The notes under the pieces were generated by a model, which was given only the letters and a program-made list of their open reading frames with translations, was not told the origin of the DNA and did no database searches. Source: Euglena gracilis (taxonomy: Eukaryota). Taken from it: a DNA stretch of 64,000 bases. This document shows, in pieces, positions 37,069-50,430 of the stretch. Positions within the stretch are counted from its first letter, which is position 1. The number at the start of each line of letters is the position of its first letter. The DNA lies in contig CP154954.1 of assembly GCA_039621445.1 (NCBI GenBank), forward strand, positions 24,254,954 through 24,318,953. Direction: 5' to 3'. A program made the position numbers and the translations under genes.

Positions 37069-38367
37069 CATCATGGGTCATGATGGGCATCATGGGTCAT
37101 GATGGGCATCATTGGTCAGGATGGCCATCATGGGTCATGATGGCCATCATGGGTCATGATGGCCATCGTGGGTCATGATGGGCATCATGGGTCATGATGG
37201 CCACCGTGGGTCATGATGGGCATCATGGGTCATGATGGCCATCATGGGTCATGATGAGCATCATGGTCATGATGGCCATCATGGGTCATGATGGGCATCA
37301 TGGGTCGTGATGGGCATCATTGGTCATGATGGCCATCATTGGTCATGCTGGGCATCATGGGTCATGATGGGCATCATGGGTCATGATGGCCATCATGGGT
37401 CATGATGAGCATCATGGGTCATGATGGCCATCATGGGTCATGATGGGCATCATGGGTCGTGATGGGCATCATTGGTCATGATGGCCATCATTGGTCATGA
37501 TGGGCATCATTGGTCATGATGGCCATCATGGATCATGATGGGCATCATGGGTCATGATGGCCATCATGGGTCATGATGGCCATCATTGGTCATGATGGCC
37601 ATCATGGATCATGGTGGGCATCATTGGTCATGATGGCCACCATTGGCTATGATAAGCATCATGGGTCATGATGGGCATCATTGGTCATGATGGCCATCAT
37701 GGGTCGTGATGGGCATCATGGGTCATGATGGCCATCATTGGTCATGATGGCCATCATTGGTCATGATGGCCATCATGGATCATGGTGGGCATCATTGGTC
37801 ATGATGGCCACCATTGGCTATGATAAGCATCATGGGTCATGATGGCCATCATGGGTCATGATGGGCATCATGGATCATGATGGGCATCATTGGTCATGAT
37901 GGCCATCATTGGTCATGATGGGCATCATTGGTCATGATGGCCATCATGGATCATGATGGTCATCATGGGTCATGATGGCCATCATGGGTCATGATGGCCA
38001 TCATGGATCATGATGGGCATCATTGGTCATGATGGCCATCATGGGTCATGATGGGCATCATGGTTCATGATGGGCATCATTGGTCATGATGGCCATCATT
38101 GGTCATGATGGCCATCATGGATCATGATGGGCATCATTGGTCATGATGGCCACCATGGGTCATGATGGCCATCATGGGTCATGATGGCCATCATGGGTCA
38201 TGATGGGCATCGTGGGTCATGATGGGCATTATTGGTCATGATGGCCATCATTGGTCATGATGGCCATCATGGATCATGATGGACATCATTGGTCATGATG
38301 GCCACCATGGGTCATGATGGCCATCATGGATCATGATGGGCATCATGGCCATCACGGGCCATGATGG
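37069..38367. repeat. 19-bp palindromic minisatellite, about 68 copies (CATCATGGGTCATGATGG[C/G])
   Basis: Uninterrupted tandem array. Each monomer is CATCATG-NNN-CATGATG plus 2 nt. Confidence 0.95.
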
Positions 38368-39184
38368 TCGAAAAAAGCTCATTTTCGGCTCGAAAACCCT
38401 TTTTCCGGGTCCGGGAGGCCAAGAAGCAAGGTTTTGGGTAAAATTTTTTTTTCGATATTTTTCGCCTTTTTTGGCCGAAAACGGCTAAGTCCACCAGTGG
38501 AAAAAGTGTACAAAATGGCCAAAATCGGCCGAAAAACGGCCGTATCTCGGGCTACGCGAACGGTTGCGGGGAAATCAAAAATACCGGTAGATGGAGTGTT
38601 CCAAGGGTTTCAAATTAGGTCTCCGGACATTTCCTTTGATTTTGCTTCATTTTGAGAAATTTTGAAAATATTGATTTTTGGCCGAATTTTGGCCGAAAAC
38701 GTACAAAATGGCCCGTTGGCCGAAAACGGGCTTATCTCGGGCCAGGCGGGGAGTTGCGGGGAAATCAAAATACCAGCAGATGGGGCGTTCCAAGGGCTTC
38801 AAATTAGGTCACCAGACATTTCGTTTGATTTGGCTTCATTTTGGAGATATTTTGAAAAGTGACATTTTTTGGCCGAAATGGCAGAGTCCAAAGGGGGGGG
38901 CTTATCCAGGGGGGGGGGGTGGGCCAATCCTACCCAGTTTGGACCCCTTCGCGGGTGAATAACTCGGGCCTGGCAGGGAGTTGGGGCTCAAACCCAGGTG
39001 GTTCGGAAACTCGGAATCCAGTCGCTCGCGACTGAAATTTTTTTTTTCGGGAACGGGGCCGGGATCATGGTGATAATCCGTCGGTTCCCGAGGTGGCCCT
39101 GAGGGGGGGGGAGGGGTGGGTTTGGGGGGGGTTTCCCCCAGGGGTAAGCTTCGCTCTTACCCATAAAGGGATAAGAGCTCAGCG
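38368..39184 (+). mobile_element. Forward, start-truncated subfamily-2 unit
   Basis: Ends GGTAAGCTTCGCTCTTACCCATAAAGGGATAAGAGCTCAGCG, followed by ACCCCCCCC. Confidence 0.85.
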
Positions 39185-40057
39185 ACCCCCCCCTATACCC
39201 CCCGGGGGGGGGTAGCAGCTCATTTCCACCAGCCCAGCCCAGCCCCCTCCAGCCCGGGACCCTCCCCCCCCCCTAATTCCCCTGGGGGGGGTAGCAGCTC
39301 ATTTCCAGCCAGCAGCCTTTTTTGCCAGCCGGAGGCTGGACCCCACCCCGAGGATCCTTAAGAAAACCCCTGACCTTGGCCGATGTGCTAACCCCCCGCC
39401 AAAATAACCCCCCTGACGATGCGTAGCACTGGGACCTCTTTTTTAAATTATAGAATTCAAAAATCTGGTGATTTTCTGACATTTTTGAAGCCACCATTCT
39501 TTTCTTCATGTTAGATTTTCCTTGTCCAAGGTCCCAACCAAGGAAATTTTTAAAATTTTTGGATCCCAGTGGGGGGGGTCTGTCAGACACTTTCCCGGCC
39601 TGACAGCTGTCACCGCCTCTCACCGCCTGGGCGGTTCCCCCAAGGACCTTGAGAGCCCCTGCCGCAGACGGGGGTTTTGACCATGGCCATTTCCGCTTTT
39701 TTTTTTGACCCCAAAGTGATCCCCAAAAATGTGGGTCCCCTGAACCGTCCCTCCCCCCCCCCCGAAGGTATTCCTGGGTGGATGGGTTGGGAACCCCGCA
39801 ACACCTCCGCGGCCTAAAAAAAAATGGGGGCTTGGGGCCCATTGAGCACCTCCGACCCGTGTCCCCAGCCTTCTGGCCTATCCCACAGTGCCACGTTTTG
39901 ATTGGCCACTGCCACTGAGGTACGTCCCCCACTGGGTCTCTTGGGAGCGGGGTTGCTGCGATACCGATGGCTCGAGGCCTGATGGGTGGATAGGTGGGAC
40001 GGCCGCGTAATGGGTGAATCTGACCTGCCAGCCAGAGGCTGTTGTGTGGCAGTGCAG

Positions 40058-40153
40058 CCCTTCAGCAAACGAACCAAGTGGCTCCTCACATTTTCCCAGT
40101 GCCTCGGTCATCTTTGTCACACCCAAAACGAGCTGGAGGTCAACCCAGTGACA
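40058..40153 (+). CDS. Possible upstream exon of gene B (PFSKRTKWLLTFSQCLGHLCHTQNELEVNPVT)
   Basis: CAG acceptor and GTGAGT donor; phase 0 is compatible with the exon at 40980. Confidence 0.3.
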
Positions 40154-40979
40154 GTGAGTTGCAGCAATGTCTCGAAATATTTAGCCAGAAAACTTCATTT
40201 TTTTAAAAAAAAAGCCCGGGGAAATACTGAAAAGAAAACATGATGACATGGCATAAATTTTGTGAATATGCTTCTTGCTAAATTTTGTGAATATGCTTTA
40301 AGGACATTTTTGTTTTTACAATGACGCAACACGAGGCAGCAAGCAGAAAGACTTAATAAATTGGCCACCTCTCCCAAGGCACCACATTGCCACAGCAAAT
40401 GCACTGTTGAAATACGGCATGGGGTGGTTCCTTCAACAGCAAACGCCGGGTGTCGTCCCAGAAAAGCGTCTTTGACGTGGGAGGGGGTGGCAAATACATT
40501 CTGTACCTTGGACAAGGGGGTAACTGGTTCATATGCACGGTGTTTTCCTGAGCTTTCCCCCTAACTGATTTTGTCACAAGCGACCAATCTGCCGGACTCG
40601 TGGAATGCGTTGGTTGAGTGAGAGATTCTCATTTCCCCGAAATTTCAACCCCCAGCGCCACCTTTTGGCCCGAAACCCATGGATTTTGAGTCAAAACTGG
40701 GTCAAAAAAAAGCGGAAAAAAATAATGTAAATCTGCGAAATTCGCAGTCCTAGTCTTTTCCAACGTCCATTACGCGCAGCTCCCTTGTGGTGAACTGCCT
40801 CCGGCCACCCGGCCTTCCCATATTGCACGAGGGGGATCTGGGGAGGACGCCGTGTTTGATTTGTGCCTGTCCCGGCGTTGCACCACCACGAAAGCAGCCA
40901 GTGAGCTGGGCCCGACTGAGCCAAGGCTGGCCCGCCCCGACCGGCAACTGCCCCGTCCCGTCCCCGTCTGTCCCGGCAG

Positions 40980-41154
40980 CCGACCTCCCTCCAAAACGTG
41001 ATGCACCCGATGGGCCCCCTGGGCTTCTCCGTCAACCTGCTGGCGACGGGCCCTCTGGCGGTGATGGGGCTCGCCTGCGGCGTCTACATGGCGGAGGAGG
41101 CCGCCGCGGCGCGCCGCTGCCTCGTCCGGCGCCCGCGGCCTGCCCCTTGGTCCC
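40980..41154 (+). CDS. Gene B exon (PTSLQNVMHPMGPLGFSVNLLATGPLAVMGLACGVYMAEEAAAARRCLVRRPRPAPWS); hydrophobic segment; could instead start at ATG 41001
   Basis: Pyrimidine-rich tract and CAG at 40977-40979; very strong GC3 bias. Confidence 0.65.
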
Positions 41155-42916
41155 TCCCAGAGGGACGAGCCTTCGTGCACACTCCCCCTCGAATAACAGC
41201 CCTCCCCCCAAATAATAACACCCCCCATCAGGAGCCATTTCCGTGCAAAGCAGCTCAAAAATATGCACCCTTTTCCGCCAAAAAAAACACCAACAAAAAT
41301 CTGTCATATTTTCATGGGTATCATCATCATCAGCCCAATCGAAGGTAGGTGCAATATAGCTCGTCCTGGAATCTCGAGGACGCAGGGTACCCTTTTTCTG
41401 AGGCAACACCTCGAGAACCAGCCACACCCCATGATTTTAGCCGCCTGTCTGAACAGCAGCTGTAGAGGACAAGTGTGGGGGGGTTTATGGGATGGGATTC
41501 TTCCATGGTTGGATCCAGTGCTTGGTGGCCAGTTGGGTTCGTAGACCCTGACAGCTTGTGGAAACACACTGCAGTGGACCTCTGGGGATGCTGACTCACA
41601 GAGGTCAGCACTCCGTCCCGCTCTTCTTGGCTGGTCCGACGTGTTCGCATTGCATTTTTTCCAACCCTGCATCTTATGCGTTGTTCGGAATGGGTTCGGA
41701 TTTTTTTTTTAGCGAGATTTTTGTAATTTGACAAAAAAAGACGGTGCCCAAGGTGCCGCACGGGGCGCACAAGGTCCTCCTTAAACTCCTCGAAAGGGAC
41801 CCTTTGGACTCAACACAAAATCCTAATGATTGGAGCGGCCATGCCATCCACAATCCTGGTGGGTGACTCCCCCCATCTGTCCAAGACACAATGTCGTTGA
41901 CGCCCCCCCCCCCTGCCAACTCCGCATTTTTTTGAACTTTTTGAACGTGTGCTTTTCCAGAAAAAAATCTGCCAAAATTTGAAACTAAACCGGTTGGATC
42001 CTGTCCGCAACCCCATTTTGCCCAAACAGCACCGAAATTGCATAAAATAATTTTATTTATCATTGCTGTCCCCGAATAATGCCGTTCCATTGACGCACCG
42101 TGTCGTTGAGACCCCCCCCCCCGATATCAATGCCACAGTCCTGGTACATTGGAATGCCCAGGACGAGGGGGGGGTATTAATGTCAAATAATTCGAAGAGT
42201 GCTGGGAAATCCAGGCATTAGTTTAAAATGTGTATTTTTGGCTCTTTATCTTGAGGTGAGATTCACCCAAGTAATGACATCTCAAACGATACACCCCTGC
42301 CAGGTTCACTATTAGGGGGGGGGGTGTTTCGCAGATCCTTCTGAGGAACTGAAACAGTTCACTAACAAAAGGAACTTCATACCCAAAAAAAAATCACTCC
42401 TCTCCTCTCATATTCATAAAATTCAACAAGGAATCATTCAGATATCAAATCAAATTCAAATATCAAATCAAAGGAGAAAAGGGAAAGAACGACAAGTGCG
42501 TTTTTTTTTGGTGTGCATTTGCGTGTTCTTTTGGCGATTTTTTGAGTGCTGGGAACAAAATTGACATCTACATTTTGATATTTCTCCCTTGCCGTTGAAA
42601 TTTTCGAGCAAATGAACGGACCCCCCCCCCCAGCCCACTGAAAACGACACCTGAGAAGTGTTCCTTTGAACCACATTTTTTCTGCTGCCCATCCTGGACA
42701 GTTCTGCCTTGCTGTGCCTGTCTTCCTCCCGGTTGATGTCGGGCCTTCTGCCGTCCAATGCAAGAATCAATTTTTTTTCAACTTGATTTAGTTCCCACGG
42801 GATCTCGATTCGCTGCCATTCATCCTGAATCCGTTCTCGCCCACCCACCGTGCAACTCCCCTGCCCCGGGGTTCCTCCATCCGGGAGGCCAGGCCCCCCC
42901 TCGCCCCTCTGCCGCC
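41155..42916 (+). other. Non-conventional euglenid-type intron
   Basis: CAGAGGGACGAG (41158-41169, CAG at +4) pairs 11/12 with CTCGCCCCTCTG (42900-42911, CTG at -8 to -6). Removal joins two GC3-rich frames. Confidence 0.7.
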
Positions 42917-42987
42917 GCGGCCTGGACCGGCAGTTCGTGTGGCGCCTCATCCAGAAGCACCCGCTGGCCCTCACCGCCAACCTGTAG
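42917..42987 (+). CDS. Gene B terminal exon ((R)GLDRQFVWRLIQKHPLALTANL*)
   Basis: All codons end in G or C; TAG at 42985-42987; in frame after intron removal. Confidence 0.7.
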
Positions 42988-45071
42988 AGCCACCCGCGGA
43001 GCTGGCCGAACCCCCCCCCCCTCGACAGGAGTGTCCACACACACCAGCCCGTGGAGGGGGGAGTGTGGACCTTCTCATCTGTCTGGCAGGGGCACCTTCG
43101 TCTCCCTCCTGGCAGGGCAGTCCATGTGGGATGGGTATTTTTTTTTCGCTAAGGACTGCCCCTTGACGACCGCCCTTTGGCCATACACCCGGGCCCGTCT
43201 GCCTCGCCGCGCCACCCTCTCCATCGTTGCGGTGCAGCCGCCGTGGTTCGTCGCCGCCGCTCACCGCTGTAGTGGCCGACCTCCGCAGTGGCTGCCTTTC
43301 GCAGCCAAGCGCCTTCAGTGACAAATCCCGACAATTCCGACAAATCCCGACACATCCCGACAAAACCTAACAACGCCACCAAAATACCAAGTGTGGAGGT
43401 GCTTGTTCATAGCCAAGCAGCACCCGCTTCCCAATCCCTGCTTGTTGATCCGCCCACTGACTCACTGTTGAGCAGCGAGCCCAGCATCAAGCACAAACTC
43501 ACCAAAGTTAAGCAAAAATGCTTAATTCGCCGAAATCACGTTTGAAATCATGTCGAAATATGTTTCTAACAGAAGTCAAAAGAAATAATTCAGGAGAAAA
43601 GATAAAAAAAAAGCGCACACAGCCTTTTAATCTTTTTTTTTGAAAAAAGTCTCCACCAAAAAGCCAGAAATTGTGTTCCAGTTTTTACTTCATTTTTCCT
43701 GAACCCCCGAAAATGCATGAAATCGATTTTGGCTTTTTTTGCCTTTTGGTTTTTTGATTATTTATTTTCTGCGGCCTTTCTAAGGCCAAGAGTGTCTCGC
43801 TCAATAGCTCCCCTAAGGACCTTTTTTTTCTGTTGCTTTTTTGACTGAGATTTCTGTTCAAATGAAACGAGTTTGCCAGTTGAGAGGATCCTTCCCCCTC
43901 CCCACTCACAGCGAGTCCAGTGCCGATACCGCGGCCCTCATTTAATATATGTGGATGCACCGTGCTCAGCACAGGTTGAGCCTTCAGCTTTTGACCTTGC
44001 ACACAATAACAGTCCCATCCCCCCGCCCCCCCCCTTCCAATCGATGCCTCCACCACTACTCTGCCACGGCCCCATTCCAGTCCATTTCCCTTTCAGAAGC
44101 ATCAGATTCCAAAGAAGTTTTTTTTCACATTCAAAAACCTCCAGCACTCAGGAACATCACAGAATCAAACAAGCAAAAGATGCAATACATCGACATGGAT
44201 TGACCATGACCATGACATCGACATGATTGAACGTGTCATTACGGTGCAAAAAAATAAAGTTTTCGCTTTTTAAAGCTTTTCGGCATTGGATAGTCACTCA
44301 ATCTCGCTCTTAATATCTTTCTTATTCCTTTGTGCATTTGTGGAAAGGAACACGAGTTTTATTTTTGGGTAGGTTAGGGTCCGGATCCTGGCCGGGTGAC
44401 AGGCCCATCCCTTTGGTTGCTTTTGGATTTGCCGTAGATGAGCACCAATCACAATCCTCGCCATCTGTAACAGAGAAGGGGATCAAACACATATATTTTC
44501 TTTTAAGAAACAGAAGCATGTAAAACAAACAAAAAAAAACTCCCGGAGAAGAACTTGAGGTCTCCACCGCGGATGCGAGGTAATCCTTGCATCTTCCCAC
44601 CCAAACCCAAACCTTTAAGAAGGTCCCTCTGATGTCTCCCATACTCCCCCCCCCCCAAGTTCTTGGACAGGGAAGAGGAGGCTGCCAGCCATTTGGCGCA
44701 AATTTTGTGTCTGTTTCTTATTGCAAATCCTTTGCGTTAGTGACTGTTTTTGTATCAGTTTTTTCTTCTTCCTCGGAAAAGGTAGCCTCTGCACTGGTGC
44801 ATTGAGAGGGTACAGAATGGGCGTGTGCCTGTGTGGGTCAGTTGGGATGTTCATTTCTGGCACCAAGGAAGGGAAATTTGAGTTATTTATATTTGGTTCC
44901 TCCGTGGATCTCTGCTTGTTGGTCTACACTTTCTCATCCTTGTTTCATCACTGTCACTGGCATCACCTGCCACCTGCAGGTATTTGATCCTTTCCTCACC
45001 CTCCTTTTTTTTTGCTTTATTCTCTATTTAAATTGTGTAAATCTTGGTGTAAAAGAAGAAAAGAATCAAGA

Positions 45072-45270
45072 GTAACCCCACCCCCCCAAATAACCTGGCG
45101 GGGTGCCAGGTCATTGGAACCAACTTTTGGCCCTTCCCCCCCTGCCAGGTTATTTGGGCCCTTTTTTCAGCACCATAAAGGAATTTTGCCTAAAAAGGGG
45201 GGTGCCATCTTTTTTGACCCTACCCCCGCCAGGAACAAGGACCCCGCCAGGTTATTTGGGGGGGGTTTAG
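45072..45270. mobile_element. MITE with AAATAACCTGGCGGGGT inverted repeats
   Basis: ccccaaataacctggcggggt at the left end and accccgccaggttatttgggg at the right end. Confidence 0.7.
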
Positions 45271-48041
45271 TGCCTTTTTATTGCTGAACTCCAGTTTCGT
45301 ACACACTGGATTATTACTGTATCGTTCTTTCGGCTTTTATTTGTGCCTCCCAACTTGAATTTTTTGTTGCCAATTTACTCTGAGGGGAACAGTGTAATGG
45401 TGAATCGCTTTTTCCGCGTTTGAAATTTTTAGTCCGTATTGAAGTTACCCCCCCCCCCCCAATGTAAAGCCCCCCCCCCTCCGCAGCTTTTTATTTGGGT
45501 GGAATTTCAAGACTCTCAGGGGGGCTTCATCTTTGGGAGGGGGGCCTTTATATATTTCTGGGGGGAGAATTCAAAGTTTTTGGGTGAATTCCACAAACTG
45601 TCATTGCTTACTAATGTCGTCGAATGCCAATTTTATACAATTTCTGTCTTCCCCAAAAATGAACATGTTATTAACCCGAAAATTTTGGTCATTTCCGGTG
45701 GAAAGTTGCTGTGTGCACCCAAAATTTTTCTGCTTTTGCCTCAAACCTGTGAATTGCTTCCTTGCTCTCCTTTTTTTCCGGCAGCAAAATCAAACCCATG
45801 GGGGTAAGGCTTTATATTTTCTTATATAAAGACAGGTTTTTTTTTCATTTGGGGGTTTATGCTGTCTGTTCGGAGGTGATACCATGCTGGGCCGTGGAAC
45901 AAGGATGTGGCAATGGCCTCACTACAGCGCAGACACTTCTTGTACAGTACATCTGCACCCGGTCTCAGATAACTTCGATGAGTCTCGCTGGCTTGGGTGC
46001 ACGCTTCCGTTTTTGATCCCCCTTTTTTTGTGCTTCTGGGGGGGGGGCTCTCTTCAGCAAGTTCCCCCTAGGAGTTTGGCTGAATGTTGTGTTCATGTGA
46101 CACCCCCATCTGGTTGGATGCCCTCCCAGCCTCCCGACAGGGTACACCGGGCGTTCATGGGGTTCTTGTCATTGTTACAACATACGGGAGCATTTCTGTG
46201 TGATTGCAAGACAGCCTGTGCCCTGTCCCCCTCCCCCCAGGCCTTGGAAAAGACTGAGGGTAAATTGTGTGCCGCTGGGGTGAGCCATGGCCTCGGCCTG
46301 TGTTGGAGCTTTAGCGTGTTTGAGCCCTCTTACCCCCCCCCCCCCTGTTTAAGCCCCACCCCCCGGGTTCTTCTTCTTTTGAAGGAAGTGCGCACCCAAC
46401 TGGGTGCCTTGGGCAGGCAGGGGGGAGGGGTTCGACGGGGGGGGGGTCGGATTCTGGGGTGGGTAGTGCTATAGCATCCCCCCCGCCTCCGTGCCGAAGG
46501 TGCTGGGGCCCGAAAATGGACATTTTCAAAGGAAAATTGTCTGGGTCGGCAGCCACCGGGGTCCAGATCGACGTGCCTGCTATGGGCACCCCATAGGACA
46601 AGGACCCCCCCAGGCTTGGTGAAAGAAGCCTGGTTGTTACCAAAGGTCCAATGGTCATCTTCTTGGTAAACGCCTTTCTCGTGTATTTTCTTGACCAAAT
46701 TTCTCGAAATTGCGATAACGCAGAAGCTTCTGAAGCTTGACATGGTGAGTTATTGTTGATTCTCACCTCTTCCTTCATATTGAACAAGGTCCCCAAAAAC
46801 AAGGGTTTTTTTTCGGAGCTAAAAACGGATTTTTTTTTCAGTCAGGTTGCTCTCCCCCCTGAGTAAGCATCCCTAGGTTCTTACCCATGCTGCTATAAAG
46901 TCTTTCACTGGTCGCTCGTTGTTGGTGTCTTTTTGTCTGCATCAATTTTTTTGAGGTCAGTGCAAGAGTCACAAGAATGACGGAAGCAGCCCAATTTCCT
47001 CATATCCCACCTCTCCAACGCTTTTGGCTCCGAAACGTGGCCAAATTTTTTGACATCAATGCAGACAGCATTGAGTTAACACGCTGTCTGGTCCAATGCT
47101 GCTTTGGGAGTTCATTTTCCATTCAAGGGTATAACCACTTGGCTTCCCCCCAATGAAGGTAAATTTTCATTTCCCACTTGCCATTTCCCACACCCATTTC
47201 CCAATTTCCCACTTCATTTCATAGCTTGTCCTCCGCAAATCACTCGGTATTGTTTTTCCTTCCTGTCTTTTCTGTCTGAACTTGTCGGGCTACCAAATGG
47301 CTCACCTCTCTTCGGTGCCTCCCGTCGGTGAGCCTGCTGGGCCACCGACATGTATATTTGTGCCCGGTGGAAAGTGGTCTCAAAACCTGCAGCTGAGAGT
47401 TTGTTTTATATATTGTCCATCTGCATCTCCACAATACTCTGCATGGTGACGCTTGGTGCGTTTGGAATTTTTTTGATCAGCACTCGGGCAATGGGCTTTT
47501 TTTTTCAAGTGTTGGTGAGTTTTGCAAAACTCTGCAATGCATTTCACGAATATTTGCAAGCATCTGGGCCTCACAGCCACGATTTGTCCCTGGGCAAATC
47601 GTACCCCTGCCCTGGGAAGCTGTCCTCCAACCTCCGTTGTCGCCATCCAGTTGTCTTGGGGTCCTTCTCTGTGCTTGCCAACCTGTTATCTGCAGTGCAG
47701 ACAAAAAGCACGGGAGACCAAAATTAAGGAAAAAGTATTGCGGGAACAACTTTCATGGGAAATTTTTGATTTTACAAACAAATTATTATGGGAAAATTCA
47801 AAATTTGAAGAAAAACGGTGGTGATTTTTGCCAGGTACAATGAAGATTTTTTTGGCAAAAAGCAAACCAGAATGAATGGCAGAGATGGACGTCTGCTGGA
47901 GGTTTTTATGATTTTGAGTTCTCAAATACCCCCAAAATTGACAATATCACATTACCCCGTTTTTCGTGTTTGAACTTCGAACAAACTTGGCCCTGGGCGC
48001 TAATTTGCGTTTTTCGCCCCCCATTTTTAAGGGCTTTGGCC

Positions 48042-48416
48042 TACCCCCCCCAAATGTAAAGCCCCCCCCCCCCCCCAGGGGGTTTGGTTTTGCCGCCAAA
48101 TTGTAAAGCCCCCCCCCCCCTATGTGGAGCTGGACGATGGTGCCATTCAGGAAAAAGTAGAAAAAAATTTGGTGGATACGACCTTTTTTTCACCAGAAAT
48201 GCCCCATTTTGGATAAAAATTGCACATTTTTGGGAAAATAGGAGGTACACAACGAAACATTTGGCATAGAATTGGTATTTGGCCACAATTGAGGCCGCCG
48301 AAGATCATAGAGACCACCCAAAAAAAGTTTGATCCCCCCAAATATAAAGCCCCCCCTGAGGGTCTTGAAACCCCGTCCAAATATAAAGCTGGGGGGGCTT
48401 TATATTTGGGGGGGTT
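48042..48416. mobile_element. MITE with AAATRTAAAGCCCCC inverted repeats (relatives at ~45447-45820 and ~55365-55400)
   Basis: ccccaaatgtaaagccccc at the left end and gggggctttatatttgggg at the right end. Confidence 0.65.
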
Positions 48417-49732
48417 TATTTTGCGCACGGCCTGCCGAAATTCTTCACATGCAAACTTGAGCCCCCAAGGTCCCCCCCTCCCCCCGGGCCTTTTCCTTCA
48501 ATTGTGGCCGGGCGATGCGCCCGGGGGGGGGGGGAGGTTTGCAAATCTGCAAACCTGCAAACAAATATGTTGTTTATTACAACGTCCTTGAAAGGTATGC
48601 ACCGGTTGCTTTTATTCATAGTAATTTAAGCCACTGCATTGACATAAGCACACACGTTCGCCAGACAGAACCCAGCACACCTTTTCACAGGAAGAGGCCC
48701 TTCTGCCCCTCTCCCCAGTGCCACAGCACGCAGCCTCTGCCCGATGACTCCTTTTTTCTGTGCCTTTTTCTTGGGTCTCATGCCTTGTGATCTTTTGAAA
48801 TGAACGTTTGCAACAGCCTGTCCTCATTCCATACTGTTGGTTCAATAGGCCGTTTCCTGTGAGTTCTTCCATTTCAGCTTCATTTGCCTTAATAAATATA
48901 TATTATATTATACATATTATATTTTCTAAGACACGAGTCTCCCTTGTTAGGCAGCATTACACTCTGGCTTGCTCCTGCCCTCTTCCAAGTCCTCAAGGTC
49001 CTGTGGATGATTTTTTCTGTCGTTCACGGATATTTTGTGTGTCTGGGCAGGAGTCGGTGTTTGGTTAGGTGGGAATTTCTGAGTTTCTCTGTGAGTTAAA
49101 TCTGTGTTAGGTGGGAGTTTCCCCCACTTTGTCCGAACCGACCCCAGGAAAAGATGAATTTTTCCTTCTGCCACAAGGAGCCGGACTTTTTGGCATTTTC
49201 ATCCAAAAATTGCCCCAAATTGTGTTTAATTTTTTTTTCGCAATTTTCGCGCGGCAAAAATTTCGGCACTGCCCAAAATTTTGGTCAGGCCCCCCCCCAC
49301 CACGGTCGAGGGGGTGGGGCACCGCCTCCCTTAACAGTGGTGTTTTTGTGCCTCTCCTTATCTCAAACTCTGCTGCAGGCTGGCTATTTCCTGGGACCAT
49401 TTCTGTCAACCATCCACAAAATGGGCAAGAAAACACCGCCAATCGAGTAGCGACAATCCGTTGAGAATATTCCATGCAAAGGAAAAAAAGGGAAGAAAAC
49501 CATTGAGATGACTGAAATCAAAAGAAGTGCATCATTTCCTGGGGGGGAGTCCATGTTGCACTTCCACAACTGTAACTGTATTCCCTTTTTCCATTTTGAC
49601 CTTTTTCACACCTTTTGGGGCGGGGCTCTTTCACCTCTGAACGGATATCAAGCCGAGAGCATCGCCCATGGGATCTTTGATGTCTCACTTCCTGTGTCTC
49701 CTCTAGCCTGGTCTCTCTCCCCAGTCCTGTGA

Positions 49733-49837
49733 ATGGGTTGCGCGTCGTCTTGCGCGACCATCCTCTCCTGCCCCCATGCCCCCAGGCGCCGGGGTTGCCC
49801 CATCGACCCCCGAGCAGTATACAGTCGGAGCCTCTCT
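49733..49837 (+). CDS. Gene C exon 1 (MGCASSCATILSCPHAPRRRGCPIDPRAVYSRSLS)
   Basis: Long pyrimidine tract and CAG at 49722-49724, ATG 8 nt later, MGCxxS motif, GTGGGT donor at 49838. Confidence 0.55.
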
Positions 49838-50430
49838 GTGGGTGGCTTTCAGAGAAGCCAAGGAATCGTATCCAACAGGTGGTTTAAACGCTTCCACAAA
49901 TCCCCACTCTCCTGCATGCGTTTTTTTTTTTTTGCTTCTGATCCACTTGGAGTGCATTTCGCTGGGTGCCCAAGTGGTGCATGAGTGGACCAGAGGCATC
50001 CCTGGGAACGTGGGAACCAAATTTTTGCAGCACACCAGCAACTTTTTCTGCCACAGTGGTTGTGGTACAAGAATTTTTTGTCCTGCTGCAGTGCTGAATA
50101 AAATATTCAATGCAATGAATGAGAATGAGAAGGCGCGGCACAGACTTTCAAATTTGCCGCAGCAATGCAGCACACAAGGAAAATTCTACCGCGGCGCAGC
50201 CGGCTCCAAAAGGAATTCTTTCGCTGTGACAGGCGCCAAGCAAAATTATCCTTGGCAAAATGCAGTGGTTTTGGGCCATTTTGGGCGGAGTGGGTCGGAA
50301 ATGACTGATTGTGTTCCAAAAAAAATGACACATCGGTTTTTCGAACTCCACATGGTGGATGCAGCCGAGCCGGCAGCGTTTGTGGCGTTGAGCTGGCTCA
50401 CTTTTGGGTTCATGGGTTGCAGGCACCTAC

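Noticed and set aside
37069-38367. CRISPR-like array of palindromic repeats
   Set aside because: There are no unique spacers and no cas genes; it is a contiguous tandem minisatellite.
46530-46800. Protein-like minus-strand stretch (KKIHEKGVYQEDDHWTFGNNQASF...)
   Set aside because: No supported splice sites or recognisable family; a BLASTX search would be needed to decide.
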